Origin: Sarea resinae
Taxonomy: Eukaryota
DNA: 64,000 bases
Reading direction: 5' to 3'
Assembly: GCA_026026165.1 (NCBI GenBank)
Contig: JAPEUD010000085.1
Location: forward strand, 1 to 64,000
Shown here: one piece after another, positions 1 to 12,102 of the stretch
How positions within the stretch are numbered: position 1 is the first letter of the stretch
Layout of the letters: every line of letters starts with the position of its first letter
Made by a program: the position numbers and the translations under genes
Notes under the pieces: model-generated
Told to the model about the DNA's origin: nothing
Database searches by the model: none
The model's input: only the letters and a program-made list of their open reading frames with translations

Positions 1-59
1 CGATCATCCTGGAGATGAGAGATACACGCGGGGCCACCTCCCGCATATCTCGGTGGGAT

Positions 60-2660
60 CCGATGCAGATATAGACGTTCGTATAGAGATATATTGTTCA
101 CATAGGGGTATATGTTCATATCGAGATTTCCTTAGCTCTTAATAAGGGGCAGCTAGGTTGTTCCTCTAGAGAAGATAGTCTGCTAATAGATTTATACACA
201 AAGAACGCGATAATTAGCGAGAGATAAATAATAGAAGTGTTATCCTTAATACAATTTATAATGCTAGAGAGCTCTCTACCTCTTTCAAGCAAACAGTTTT
301 AACTATTATATATAAGAAGAGAGACCTAAATAATATACACAACTATTAACTGCTATCTGTAATAGAGGCAGACTATTAACTTAATACTAACATTCTATCA
401 AACCGCCTAGTACCTCTGCTTAGGATAGTTATCTGTGATCACTAAACAGCTTCTCTACTAGGCTAGAAATAGGAGATAATATATAAAATTAATCTAATAC
501 GCAATAGATATATATAAAGAGAGTGATAAAGAGACAGGTATCTTGTCCCTTAACTAAGAAAAAGCGTATAACTATATAAGCTACATTTACCTATAGAAGT
601 GCCTAAAGAAGATTAAGCTCCTCTAAAGCTAGATTAGGAGCACTAAGGCTTAGTATTCTAGAGGCATAATAGTACTATATATTAATAGGCACTAAGAGAA
701 TATAATAGAGATTAATAACAGAGTATGCTAAAGAGACCTACTCTCTTATATTCTCTATATAATAGTGATTGACTCTATTAATACTATTAGAGATATAAGA
801 AGTAACTTAGATACTATGTAGCGTCTAAATATTAGCAAATAGCGCTGCCTATAACCACTTAGGAATTCTAATAGAGATAGATATTAGGATAGAAATTAAG
901 AGATTCTAGAATACAATAACTATAAGCTTAAAAGAAGATATAAATAAATAGTTAAAGGTTAGATTGTTATAACAAGTAAGAGTAAGGATTGCATTATCTC
1001 TACTTATATTAGTGCCTTAATATGTAGTTAAACACCTAAACCTCTTAAAGAAGAACTAAGATAAGATTAAGAAATTACAATAAGAGTTAATTTAAGGAGG
1101 ATAAGTGATGTTTATACACCTATAAAATAGCGTAGAAGTGCTAAATACCTGCCTTTAGTATTTCCTAAGCCTATTTATAGAAGGGGCTCTATGTTAAAGA
1201 GGAATAGGTACCTAGGCTACATAAACTTAGAGGCTGATTGCAGCTAATAAGTTAGGCCTAATTAACGTTGTAGAGGGACGAAATAGACGCACTAAATCAG
1301 TGCTAATAGGTGAATATCTAGACAGTCCTAACAATACTAGATGCAGTTATCAGGCTAGTTAGAGGACTATATATCAACCTACTACTAAGCAATAGGAAGC
1401 AGAGAGGCGTGCGTAGTAGGATAAGAAGGCGAGGTTCGTGTTAAAGATAGAAGTAATAGTTTTTAATAGCTTGAACTAAATCTCTAGAAACATAAAGATC
1501 TGACTAAACTAAACTCTAGAACTAAACTGAGTAAAAAATAACCTCCTAAACACAAATCCTCCTACCTATTACTAAACTAACTCCCTTGCTAAAGAACACC
1601 TACGTGACTGCTGACTAAGCTAAGCCTAACTGATTCGTCTTATAACAACGTTATAAGGGACTTAATTGACATATAGAATAATATAAACCTGTGTGCCCTT
1701 AGGCGCACACCTAGAGAAAGAACTAGAGTAAATTAAGCTATCTATATAATAATGTTAGGAATCCTAGCTATATAGCGCAGATTACTAGAGGAGATCACTA
1801 AAATAGAACAAAGGTTTTAGAGAAAAGATTAACTCTTTTAGCACTGCTAAATAATATAGGTAGGATCCTACTTAGAAGAAGCTATAGATATTTATTATGT
1901 TACCTATTGATTAGCGTATAAAGCGCTAATAAAGGACAAACTAGCGAACTAGACTTTAAATAATCACATAGTAGATATTGTTAGAACTATAATAAGAAAA
2001 CTAAATAGAGTAGTCTAAGCCTCTAAGCTATAGACAGCGGTAAAAAACAAGGAGCGTGTACTAAAGGCAAATAATCTGTTATATTATCTGTTGCTAGACG
2101 TTGTTAAAACAAGAGAAGCTCTTATATAGGTAGATATTAAAGCTTAAATGTGCTCTATCAACAGCAAGGCCTAAACAATAGAACATATATAGATCTACTA
2201 TAAAATTGCAAGTACAGTGTAGGATACTTTTGTTACAATCTTTAAGCGAGCAGCAAGAGGAAAGTTATTTGCAACTAGACCTACTACTTAATAGGAATTA
2301 GTGGGTTTATTCGCACTAGGACCTAGCCTAACAGATCGATTTGAAGTAATAAGATAGCACATCCTATATTCTAAAGCGGTCTGGCAAATCTAGAAACTAT
2401 ATTGTAACAAACAATATAGGGATCAGAATTTCACTGTGGTAGCTGCTAGAGGAATCTATCAGAAGGCGGTCTGGCACTAAATGATAATAGATAGAGCATG
2501 GTATTAAACACAGAGAGCCTTCTGCAGAAGACAGCTTAGATCTGGCCTCGAACACAAGCCTTGATCTATCTAATGATATCTGTTGGTACAAGGCATAGTG
2601 GCACACTAGAGATAGATGACAAATACACGGGTATAAGGGAGATGACCGATAAAACTGGCG
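60..2660. mobile_element. RIP-degraded repeat/transposon relic (family not identifiable)
   Basis: Strongly AT-rich, TpA-enriched and CpA/TpG-depleted (tataat, ctatag, ttaata throughout), stops in all frames, abrupt return to high GC just before the ADE4 stop codon. Boundaries approximate. Confidence 0.8.
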
Positions 2661-2740
2661 GCTCAATTGTCAGCTGCAGAAATGAGAGATATTCGAAGCC
2701 TTAGATGGTTCATCAACATGTCTAGAAACTTAGTCACTAG

Positions 2741-4504
2741 CTAATGGTGATAGTCTCCAAAATTATGGAGACTGATATCCATCCGGTTGGGGACCTGCTG
2801 AGGCTCGTCCTTTTCCTCAGAGTGCTGGTGGGATCCTCTATTAACGGCGTGACTGTTAATCTGTGCCCCAGCTGCCGAGGCAGGGTCCGAAGCCGGGACG
2901 ACCTGTCCGTTGCTGTCGACCTCGACGCCCTTGGTGGCCATTCGCAATTCGGTCTCTCCAGCAAGCCCATTCATGACTGCTTCTCTCGCGCTCTCCATGA
3001 TCTTCATCTTCTTGCTCTCTCCGCGGATCTGCTCCAAGCGTCTGAAGTAGTCGTCATCGACCGGCGTGACATATTTACCGCAGAATACACCAACTTCAAA
3101 TTCCTGCTTTGCCGGATCCCGAGGGGACAGTTCGGCGCACGAGGTCTTGAGGTCGGCTAATGTCTGGTATATGACGGCGTCGGCCCCAATGTGCTCAGCG
3201 ACCAGCTGCGCGCTACGGTTGTAGGCAATCAGTTCATTAGATGAAGCCAAGTCGATGCCGTAGATGTGAGGAAATGTGATTGGGGGAGCGCAGCTAGCAA
3301 AGAAGACCTTTCGAGCGCCCGCTTCCCGTGCCATGTTCACAATCTCTCGACTAGTCGTGCCACGGACAATACTGTCATCGACCAGGAGAACGTTGCGTCC
3401 TTCGAACTCTGCGCGCATCGCATTGAGCTTTCTTCGCACTCCCTTCTTGCGGGCTTCCTGTCCGGGCATGATGAATGTGCGGAAAACATATCTGTTTTTG
3501 ACGAAACCTTGCGAATACGGAATGTTCAGGTATTGAGCGACGCTCAGTGCGGACGTATTAGAAGTTTCCGGGATCGGAATCACTGCATCGATGCTTCCTA
3601 GAGCCTCCGAGCCCAGTGCTTTTCGAATCGTTTCGGCCAGCTTGTAGCCCATGTTCTGTCGACTCCGATGCACGCTGATGCCGTCGATGATAGTGTCTGG
3701 GCGTGCAAAGTAAACATATTCAAAGATATCTGGGGAATAGGCTAGTCGTGGGTGGACTTGACGGAAGATTGGCTCGCCACCCTTCGGGATGATGACTGCT
3801 TGTCCGGGCAGGATATCGACGATGTTCGTGTATCCAAGCTGGTCTAGGGCGACAGATTCGGAAGCCATCATGTAGTCCATGCCGGGTCCATTCGAGGACG
3901 GGCGAGAGCCCAGCACCATCGGTCGGATGCCATAAGCATCTCGGAATCCGATGATGCCAAACCCAGCAAGCATGGCCGTGCAGGCCCAGCCGCCAACGCA
4001 TCTCTTGTACATCCTCTCGAGACTGGCGAACAAGTCCTCCGCATTCACGCGAGCCTTCTTGGTCTCGTTGAGCTCGTTGGCGAAGATGTTCAACATCAGC
4101 TCGCTGTCACTATCCGTGTTGATGTGTCGGTGGGCTTCATAGTCCAGGAAGTGTTTCAGCTCCGGGGCGTTGATGAGGTTCCCGTTGTGCGCGAAGCAGA
4201 TGCCATACGGACTGTTCACGTAGAAGGGCTGTGCTTCCGCGTTGGCGCTGGTGCCCGCTGTGGGGTATCGCAAGTGACCGAGGCCCATGAAGCCCGGCAG
4301 GTCCGTGATGCGCGATCCGTCGTGGAAGACCTTCGAGGCCATGCCATTTCCCTTGCACTGGTAGATGCGGCCTCCATTCGCGCAGGTAGCAATCCCACAG
4401 GCATCCTGCCCTCTGTGCTGCAAGAGGTACAGCGCCTCGTGGAGCTCGACGACGGCGGACGTCGACGACGGATTGGCGTGGATGAGAGCCAGGATACCGC
4501 ACAT
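2741..4504 (-). CDS. ADE4: Amidophosphoribosyltransferase (glutamine PRPP amidotransferase), intronless, 587 aa
   Basis: N-terminal M-CGI (catalytic Cys1 of Ntn amidotransferases), [39 protein letters not shown]-binding loop [19 protein letters not shown]. True ATG at 4504. Confidence 0.97.
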   Translation of the reverse strand: MCGILALIHANPSSTSAVVELHEALYLLQHRGQDACGIATCANGGRIYQCKGNGMASKVFHDGSRITDLPGFMGLGHLRYPTAGTSANAEAQPFYVNSPYGICFAHNGNLINAPELKHFLDYEAHRHINTDSDSELMLNIFANELNETKKARVNAEDLFASLERMYKRCVGGWACTAMLAGFGIIGFRDAYGIRPMVLGSRPSSNGPGMDYMMASESVALDQLGYTNIVDILPGQAVIIPKGGEPIFRQVHPRLAYSPDIFEYVYFARPDTIIDGISVHRSRQNMGYKLAETIRKALGSEALGSIDAVIPIPETSNTSALSVAQYLNIPYSQGFVKNRYVFRTFIMPGQEARKKGVRRKLNAMRAEFEGRNVLLVDDSIVRGTTSREIVNMAREAGARKVFFASCAPPITFPHIYGIDLASSNELIAYNRSAQLVAEHIGADAVIYQTLADLKTSCAELSPRDPAKQEFEVGVFCGKYVTPVDDDYFRRLEQIRGESKKMKIMESAREAVMNGLAGETELRMATKGVEVDSNGQVVPASDPASAAGAQINSHAVNRGSHQHSEEKDEPQQVPNRMDISLHNFGDYHH

Positions 4505-5567
4505 CTTGCCGGTGTTTGGACGGTGGAGTCGGCTCACGAGTGATCAGGGAGGTGGAGAGGAGGTGAGGTGGCCGTGAGATGACCGGTCGCAGAACCTGTA
4601 GAAGAGTCTGCAGGTGGTTCGTCGGTCTCGTTCATCGAGGCAGATTCATCTTGGGGTCTTCCGAATCTTCCTTCGGGCAGGTCCCGACCTCGCAGCTCCC
4701 CTCGGAAGGTGGGGGGAAAAAGACATTAGCCTTCGGCGTATAGAAGGGCCGATGAGCATGTAGCCGAGCTTTTCGGAGGTGTGACCGAGCTACGGCGGTC
4801 CATGCCGCGTTTGCCTGCTCATCACATGACCCGCGCGGCTTTGACCGACGCCAGCAGCTTGCTCCGACGGACGACCAATCTACACTTGCAGAACGCGTGA
4901 AGCATTCGATTGTGACACGAACGATGCATACAAGAGAATCCCCTGGGATGGTTTCAGCAGTGGGCGGAGGTTATCTTGTGCTATCTAGGTCATCAGTCAG
5001 CATCCACGGTGAGGGATGCACGCGCGAGTGTGAGTTGATCTCGGAAAGACTGAGAGAGGTATATTGCTTGCCATGGCTTACGAGTACTCCGGAGTCGTAC
5101 GCTCTGAGACGAGTCACGATCGGGCTGTGGTGGCCGCTGTGCTTTCCGTACGGTGAATGAGTCGGCTTGGTAACCCTTCGCTTCGCTCTTAACGATGCGC
5201 ACCGCACCACTACTTACGTTACTTACGTGCGCGCACTCCTGCTGCTTCCCTGTGCGCCAAAATCTAACTCCTGTAAGAAAATCCTACAAAAATTTGCAAG
5301 CAGAAAGGCCCGAGAGGCCAACCCGGTTGGCCACACATCTTAATCTAATATGATATTGCTAGGATATTCGCCTACAAGAGGCCTCAAAGATGCGTGGAAA
5401 ACCGGAGCATTCACCTATGACAAATCATAGGCCGACAACCCTGCTACCAATAGGTGTTTGGCAGCTGAAGTGAGTTATCTATGGCCAGATCTGACCCAGG
5501 GTACAGAGAAAAGCGAGGGGCCACTATACAGATGAAAGTACCCTGGGTACATCGATCGGTACGAGGC

Positions 5568-5574
5568 TGACTCA
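5568..5574 (+). promoter_or_regulatory. TGACTCA site (Gcn4/CpcA consensus, contains Bas1 core TGACTC) in ADE4/PCS60 divergent promoter; second GAGTCA at 5111-5116
   Basis: GCTGACTCAT read directly; function inferred from motif only. Confidence 0.45.
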
Positions 5575-5835
5575 TCCACCCCACCAATTTCATGGTCCGC
5601 CTGCCGCGCGCGGGCCTCGGGTTCGATGCCTGCCCACGCCGAATCGTCATCATTATTCCCTACTCGCTCGCTTCATGCTTCGCTCCCATGAGAAGCCACC
5701 CCTGTGTTCGAGTTCGGAGTCATCGATCACTCTCCCGATCGTATCGCCATCGACTCGTCGTATCGATGCATCTGTCCACCTTCTGCATCCATTGAAGAGA
5801 TTCATTCCCTCTCATTTCATCCGATCCGATCCACG

Positions 5836-7576
5836 ATGACCACGCTGGCCAATGCATTCTCGACGAGCGCGGACTCGCCCGCAGTCATCGTGCCCACCGG
5901 GGACGGACTGGTGATCACCTATCACCAGCTCGCAGCCCATGTTTCCGCATTCCAGCAGAAGCTCGCTGCGCTGGGAATATCGCCTCGGTCGGCCGTGTCC
6001 ATAGCGCTGCCGAATTCGTTCGAGTTCATCGTCGCCTTCCTCGCCGCCTCGTGGCAACGAGCCATCGCCGCACCGCTGAATCCTGCCTACAAACAGGAAG
6101 AGTTCGAATTCTACATCGATGATCTCAGCTCGGCGGTTGCGCTCGTTCCTCGAGGGGCCTTTGGGCAAGACGCCGCGGCGGTGCGAGCCGCACGAAAGTA
6201 CAAGGCGGCCATAGCAGAGTGCTACTGGGATGGGCAAGAGGTCGTCTTGGACGTGAAGGATGCTGGGAAGCTATCAGGGCAAGGAAACCGACGGGTCGAA
6301 AAGGCTCAGCCAGATGATGTCGCCTTGGTTCTTCACACGAGTGGAACAACAGGGCGACCGAAAGCCGTACGTCGCCAGGAAAGGGCCCCGTTCGCCGATT
6401 TTGGCAATTGACAAGCCGCAGGTTCCGTTGACGCATAAGAATCTCACTCGGACCATGAGCAAGTAGACTGCTGGCAAGGCGAACCGGGAGAGAAAGCTGA
6501 CATTCGATAGAAAACATCCAGGCCACCTACAAGCTCACCCCCGCCGACCGCACTATGCTCGTCATGCCCCTCTTCCACGTTCACGGCCTGCTCGCCGGCC
6601 TCCTCGCCCCACTCCACTCAGGCGGCTCGGTCATTGCCCCTATCCGCTTCTCCGCCTCGGAATTCTGGAAGGACTTTACAACTTTCAAGGCAAATTGGTA
6701 CACGGCAGTGCCGACGATCCACCAGATCCTCCTCCGGAATCCGCCTCCAGATCCCAAACCCAACATTCGCTTCATCCGATCCTGCTCCTCCCCACTCTCC
6801 CCGAAAGTTTTCCATGAGCTGGAAGAGGCATTCAATGCTCCAGTCCTCGAAGCCTACGCCATGACCGAGGCCGCTCACCAGATGACCTCCAACCCCCTTC
6901 CGCCCGCCAAGCGCCTGCCCGGCAGCGTCGGAATAGGCCAAGGCGTCGAAGTTCGTATACTGCCCCCATCCGACACGCAAGACGACAAGGAACTCCCACA
7001 AGGCTCCGAGGGCGAGATCTGCATTCGTGGCGAAAACGTCACCAAAGGTTACCTCAACAACCCGAGCGCAAACAAGTCATCCTTTACGCGGACGGGCTTT
7101 TTCCGGACAGGGGACCAGGGCAAGAAAGATACAGATGGCTACGTAATTCTCACTGGCAGGATCAAGGAGCTTATCAACAAGGGCGGCGAGAAGATCAGCC
7201 CGATCGAGCTTGATAACGTCCTCGCGCAGCACCCGGCCGTGGCCGAGGCCGTCAGCTTCGCCATCGCCGATGAGATGTATGGGCAGGATGTGGGAGCTGC
7301 GATTGTCTTGAAGCAGGGCCAGAACGTCACGGCTGCTGGATTGAAGGAGTGGATGTCGACCAGGGTTGCCAAGTTCAAATTGCCGAAGAAGGTATGCTCC
7401 AAAGCCCCTTGCTCAAATGCCCCCCCTCTCTCTCAAGTGCGATGCTGACATTACTCGCCTGCATCTAGGTCTTCTTCACAGACATCATGCCTAAGACGGC
7501 TACGGGCAAGATCCAGAGGAAGAACGTCGCCGAGGCGATGCTGAAGCAAGAGAAGGAGACGAAAGCGAAACTTTGA
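5836..7576 (+). CDS. PCS60: Peroxisomal acyl-CoA synthetase, Pcs60/AAE3 (oxalate--CoA ligase) family; introns 6367-6421, 6459-6510 (GC-AG), 7392-7468
   Basis: AMP-binding motif LHTSGTTGRPK, MPLFHVHGL, RFIRSCSSPL, LEAYAMTEAAHQMTSNPLPP, FRTGDQG, GRIKELINKGGEKISP, MPKTATGKIQR. Spliced C-terminus ends ...KAKL-stop (PTS1). Confidence 0.92.
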
Positions 7577-8115
7577 GCATCGCACAGGACATGCTCTCTT
7601 CGCTTTGCTCTGCTTCGTCTATGGAACTTCTCGTCTTTTGTTTTCTCTTAGGAGGCAAGGGTGTTTGATGCCTAGGATCTTGCGATTCTGTCATCCACAT
7701 ACCGTAGGAGTCCGCTGTAGCTCTACGCACGCGCGCGCTCTCTCTGCTCTGCTCTGCCTGGCCTTGTTCTTATTCTCCTGTCGGTTCACATCCTCTGCGC
7801 AGCCGCTCTAATGTTTGTGCATTTTCACATGGCTTCTTTGTTAGAAGTCGATATAGCTCAATGTTGACGCAGGCCATTGAATTTTGTAAACTTGTAAGGC
7901 GATAATGTGCTCTAGAGCTATCTCTATCGTTCATTCGTCGCGACCAACAGGAGAAATATGACTACAATTGCGCAGTCCATTGCAGGCTACTCCCGCCCCC
8001 CCTTCCCCCTCTACAGACACACACATACACACACAATTACACATACACTAGCTGCGAGCCACACTTCCCACCCCCGCAGCGCCTCAACCAACCAATCTGG
8101 CCCACCCTAACCCAC

Positions 8116-9406
8116 CTACTCCCCCCCTCCCTCCACAAGCACATCCCCCCACGTCCTCCCAGTCAAGCGCTCGAACGCGTCGCGATACTTGTCCGCCGTG
8201 CCCTTGACGACATGCGCGGGCATCTCGACGCCCTCGCGGCCCTGGAGCCCGTGCTGCGTCAGCCAGTCGCGCAGGTACTGCTTGTCGAAGCTGTCCTGGG
8301 CGCGGCCGGGCGCGTACGTGTCGGCGGGCCAGAAGCGCGACGAGTCGGGCGTGAGGACTTCGTCGACGAGCACGACGCTGGAGGTGGATGGGTCGAGCCC
8401 GAATTCGAATTTGGTGTCGGCGATGATGATACCGCGTTCGAGGGCGTAGGTTGAGGCCTGGCGGAATCGGGGGTTAGTGGGGGGCGGGGTGAAGGATGAT
8501 GTGAGGAGAGGGGCAAAAGGGGGTGGGGTGGTGGGGCTTACGGCGGTGTAGAGTTGGAGTGCGAGATCTTCGATCTGCTGGGCGTATTTCGCGCCGACGA
8601 TCTCGGCAGCTAGAATCGACGGGATCAAAATGTCAGCGTCTCATGACGCCTGGGAGAGGCAAGCCAGCAAGCAGACGAGGGTCGGGGCGCGGGGAGAGGG
8701 TAGTCGGGGGAGGGGACGTCTCATCGACGTACCTTTCTCCGGATGGATATTCTCGTCGTGCGCGCCCTGCTCGGCCTTGGTGCTGGGCGTGTAGATGGCG
8801 CCGTTGGGAAACTTGTCGCTCTCCTGCAGGCCCGCCGGCATCGCGATTCCGTGCACCGTGCCGTGGGCCTGGTATTCCTTCCACGCCGAGCCCGTGATGT
8901 AGCCGCGCACGATGGCCTCGATCGGAAAGATGTGCAGCGCGCGCACCTGCATGCATCGGTTCCGCAGCAGGGCCTGCTGGGACGCGGGGATCGAGGCCGG
9001 CACCTGCAGCGACACGAGGTGTGTCTGTAGCGTTGGGATCAGCGTGCCCAGCACCCGGAACCAGTGCGCGGAAATCAGGTTGAGGAGGATGCCTTTCTCG
9101 GGGACGCCCTGCGAGGTTGTCAGCGGTTGGGTGTCCGTCGGGCTGGGATCCGTCCCCGGGGGGGTCTCGGCGAGAGCGAGACGCGGTGTCTGCTGTTCGG
9201 AAACGAAGGGACGGGCATCGACGTACGTTTTTCATGATCACGTCGTAGGCCGATATGCGGTCCGTGGCGACGAAGAGCAAGGTCTTCCCGCCCGGGAGAC
9301 TGTAGAGGTCGCGGACCTTGCCTCGCGCGACGAGCGTGAGGGAGTCGGTGAGGTCCGTCTGGACCACGACCGACGGCGGCGGTGCTGCCCTCTCGGCGGA
9401 GGCCAT
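8116..9406 (-). CDS. ADE1: SAICAR synthetase (phosphoribosylaminoimidazole-succinocarboxamide synthase), 3 introns
   Basis: [92 protein letters not shown] across exons joined by canonical GT-AG introns. Confidence 0.96.
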
Positions 9407-9591
9407 CGCGAAGGATTCTCAATGGACGCAGAGGTGTTCCTCGAGCGGATGCGGCAGCCTCGTGCCGTGCTGTGATGATCGAAAGGAGCAGCTACGGGTT
9501 CATCTGCGACAGGATGCGAACCGTATACGCAGAACGATGATCAATTCCTCCCGGTATATAAGATAATCATCAAAACCGACGTGTTCTGTTC

Positions 9592-9597
9592 TGACTC
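9592..9597 (+). promoter_or_regulatory. TGACTC (Bas1-type core) in the 422-bp ADE1/ADE2 divergent promoter
   Basis: CTGACTCTT read directly, roughly midway between the two ATGs. Confidence 0.4.
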
Positions 9598-9828
9598 TTC
9601 CTGTGACGCTTCGAACGGGTGGGGTGGTTTGCCCATCGAAAGAGGCTTAGTGCCGTCGCCCGCTCGCTTGATGGATCTCTTATCCACGACGGATCAGGTA
9701 CGGCGGGGGAAGACTGCGCTCGTCTGCCACGAGCAATTCCGTGTCTCGATCAGCATCTACAATCAGACTTTTCCCCCGATTCCAGCCATCATCCAAGTTC
9801 GGGCCACCGCGCATCGCCAGACGTGATC

Positions 9829-11808
9829 ATGGATGGCCGCACGGTGGGCTTGCTGGGGGGAGGCCAGCTCGGACGCATGCTGATCGAGGCCGCCCATCGT
9901 CTCAACGTCAAAGTCGCCGTCCTCGACGCCGAAGATGCGCCGGCCAAGCAGATCAGCGCGCACCCGCACGTCCATGGGTCCTTTGCCGACCCCGAGGCCG
10001 TCCGAAGATTGGCGAAGAGGTGCGACATCCTGACGGTGGAGATTGAGCATGTGGATACCGCCGTCTTGGAGGAATTAGCCACCGGGGACGACCCGATGGA
10101 CGTGCAGCCCAGCTGGCGCACGCTCCGCGTCATCCAGGACAAATACTTGCAGAAGGAGCATTTGATCTCCCAGGGCGCCCGGACGGCCAAGTCGGTACCG
10201 CTGACGGAGAATAGTCCCGCCGAGCTGGAACGGGTCGCGACGGAGATGGGCCTGCCTTTGATGCTCAAGTCGAGAACGCAGGCATATGATGGACGAGGGA
10301 ACTTTCCCCTCAAGACTCGGTCGGATATACCGACGGCACTCAAGGCGTTGGGGGAACGGCCACTCTACGCGGAGAAATGGGCGGATTTCAAAGCAGAGCT
10401 AGCGGTAATGGTGGTGAAGACGGTCGAACAGTCGTCTACGAACTCGTGGGAACAAGGGACTCTGGCATATCCTACGGTCGAGACTGTCCACGAGGAAAGC
10501 ATCTGCAAGCTGGTTTATGCGCCTGCCCGGGGAGTGTCTCCGACGGTCGACCAGCAGGCCCAACTCCTGGCCAGGAAAGCCGTGGCTGGCTTCTGGGGGA
10601 AGGGTGTGTTTGGAGTGGAGATGTTTCTGCTCGAAGATGGTATGAGATTTGTCTAGACTTCTATTCTTCTGCGGTTAACCATCGCTGCAGATACCCTTTT
10701 GATCAACGAGATTGCACCTCGACCGCACAATTCGGGCCACTACACGATAGAAGCCTGCCCTGTCTCGCAGTACGACGCCCAGCTCCGCGCCATTCTCGAC
10801 CTCCCGTTCCCGCCCCAGGGAACGCAGCTGAACACGGCCGACACGCATGCGGTCATGCTGAACTTCCTCGGCGGCGCCAGCCCGACGTCTCATCTGCAGG
10901 TGTCGCGCCGGGCCCTGAGCACGCCTGGCGCGCGCATTCATCTGTATGGAAAAGGAGATGCGCGCCCCGGACGGAAGATGGGCCATGTGACCGTGGTGGC
11001 TGGGACGATGGAGGAGGCTGAGCGCAGGATACAGCCATTGATAGAGGCCGTCGACCGAGTGCGGGCGGAACGTGACACACCAAGCTCATCACGATCGAAA
11101 TCCACCCCCTCGGCGCCTCCTACCACCGCCACGACCACCGGCAACCCATCATCATCGTCGTCCTCTGCCGATCCCGAAACCAAACCCGTCGTCGCCATCA
11201 CCATGGGCTCCGACTCGGACCTCCCCGTGCTAAAACCGGGCATCGCTCTGCTCCGCGATCTCGACATCCCTTACTCCGTGACCATCACATCAGCGCACCG
11301 GACGCCGGGGCGCATGTTCGCCTTTGCGCAAGACGCAGGAGGCAAGGGCATCAGAGTGATCATCGCGGCGGCGGGCGGGGCCGCGCATCTACCCGGCATG
11401 GTGGCCGCCAGCACGCCGTTGCCTGTCATCGGCGTGCCGGTCCGGGGCAGCTCGTTGGACGGCATGGACAGCTTGCTTAGTATCGTGCAGATGCCGGTAT
11501 GTACTTTGATATGTGCTGGGGCTTTGGCTTTCTGCGTCCTCCCTTTCCTTCTTTCCTGCGGCCAGTTGGTCAGGTTGTATGTAAGCTGACTCTCCCAACT
11601 CACACAGCGAGGCGTCCCCGTCGCCACCGTCGCGATCAACAATTCCGTGAACGCGGCCCTGCTCGCCGCGCGCATCCTCGGCACGGCGGACGTCGCGATA
11701 CGCGCGCGCCTCGTGGCGTACGCGAAGGATATGGAGGATGGGGTTTTGGAGAAGGTGGACCGGCTTGAGGGGCAGGGGTGGGAGGCGTATGGGGGTGGTT
11801 CGAGGTGA
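9829..11808 (+). CDS. ADE2: Phosphoribosylaminoimidazole carboxylase, fungal PurK-PurE fusion; introns 10640-10690, 11497-11607
   Basis: GLLGGGQLGRM, LTVEIEHVD, QDKYLQK, AYDGRGN, INEIAPRPHNSGHYT, RPGRKMGH (ATP-grasp PurK), then MGSDSD, SAHRTP, IAAAGGAAHLPGM, SIVQMP|RGVPVATVAINN (PurE). S/T/P-rich linker between domains. Confidence 0.97.
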
Positions 11809-11995
11809 ACCGGGGGAAGTGGATGGAATTAGATTTTTATCTCCTGAAAAGTAATGAAAAAGATGAAGGACTGTTGTCCTTACCACTAGCTCTATCCCTT
11901 GGAAGTTTTCCTCTCAGAGCTATGTAGTTGATATTGCTCGATCTTCTCGGATCAGATCGAAGAGAGAGATCATATCAATGCTTTTGTGGGGCAGC

Positions 11996-12041
11996 AAGTG
12001 CGCAGTGCTTTGTGCCTCTGTGCACAAAGCACTGCGCACTT
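11996..12041. repeat. Perfect 20-bp inverted repeat with 6-nt spacer between convergent ADE2 and ADE8
   Basis: AAGTGCGCAGTGCTTTGTGC (11996-12015) - CTCTGT - GCACAAAGCACTGCGCACTT (12022-12041); arms are exact reverse complements. Confidence 0.95.
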
Positions 12042-12102
12042 CTCTCGCCTCAATCATTCCTAACCTCTTGTTTTATCCAGTACGCGTTTGATAGAAGGTG
12101 AT

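Noticed and set aside
2229..2411. TTTGTTACAAT / ATTGTAACAAA inverted match, with a similar word at ~63266, as LTR or TIR ends
   Set aside because: Only 11-14 bp in AT-rich RIP sequence, with no extended similarity or target-site duplication visible.
4505..4537. 11-aa N-terminal extension of ADE4 in the ORF track ([11 protein letters not shown])
   Set aside because: It starts at a GTG. The enzyme needs Cys at the mature N-terminus, so ATG 4504 (M-CGI) is the start.
5211..5228. TACTTACGT direct duplication in the ADE4/PCS60 promoter
   Set aside because: A 9-bp tandem duplication not seen in the other cluster promoters; could be simple slippage.
9619..9828. Long N-terminal extensions of ADE2 (and likewise ADE8 12748-13125, HIS3 19961-20065, SDH2 25579-25653)
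   Set aside because: Non-ATG starts in promoter/UTR sequence; homology begins at the downstream ATGs.
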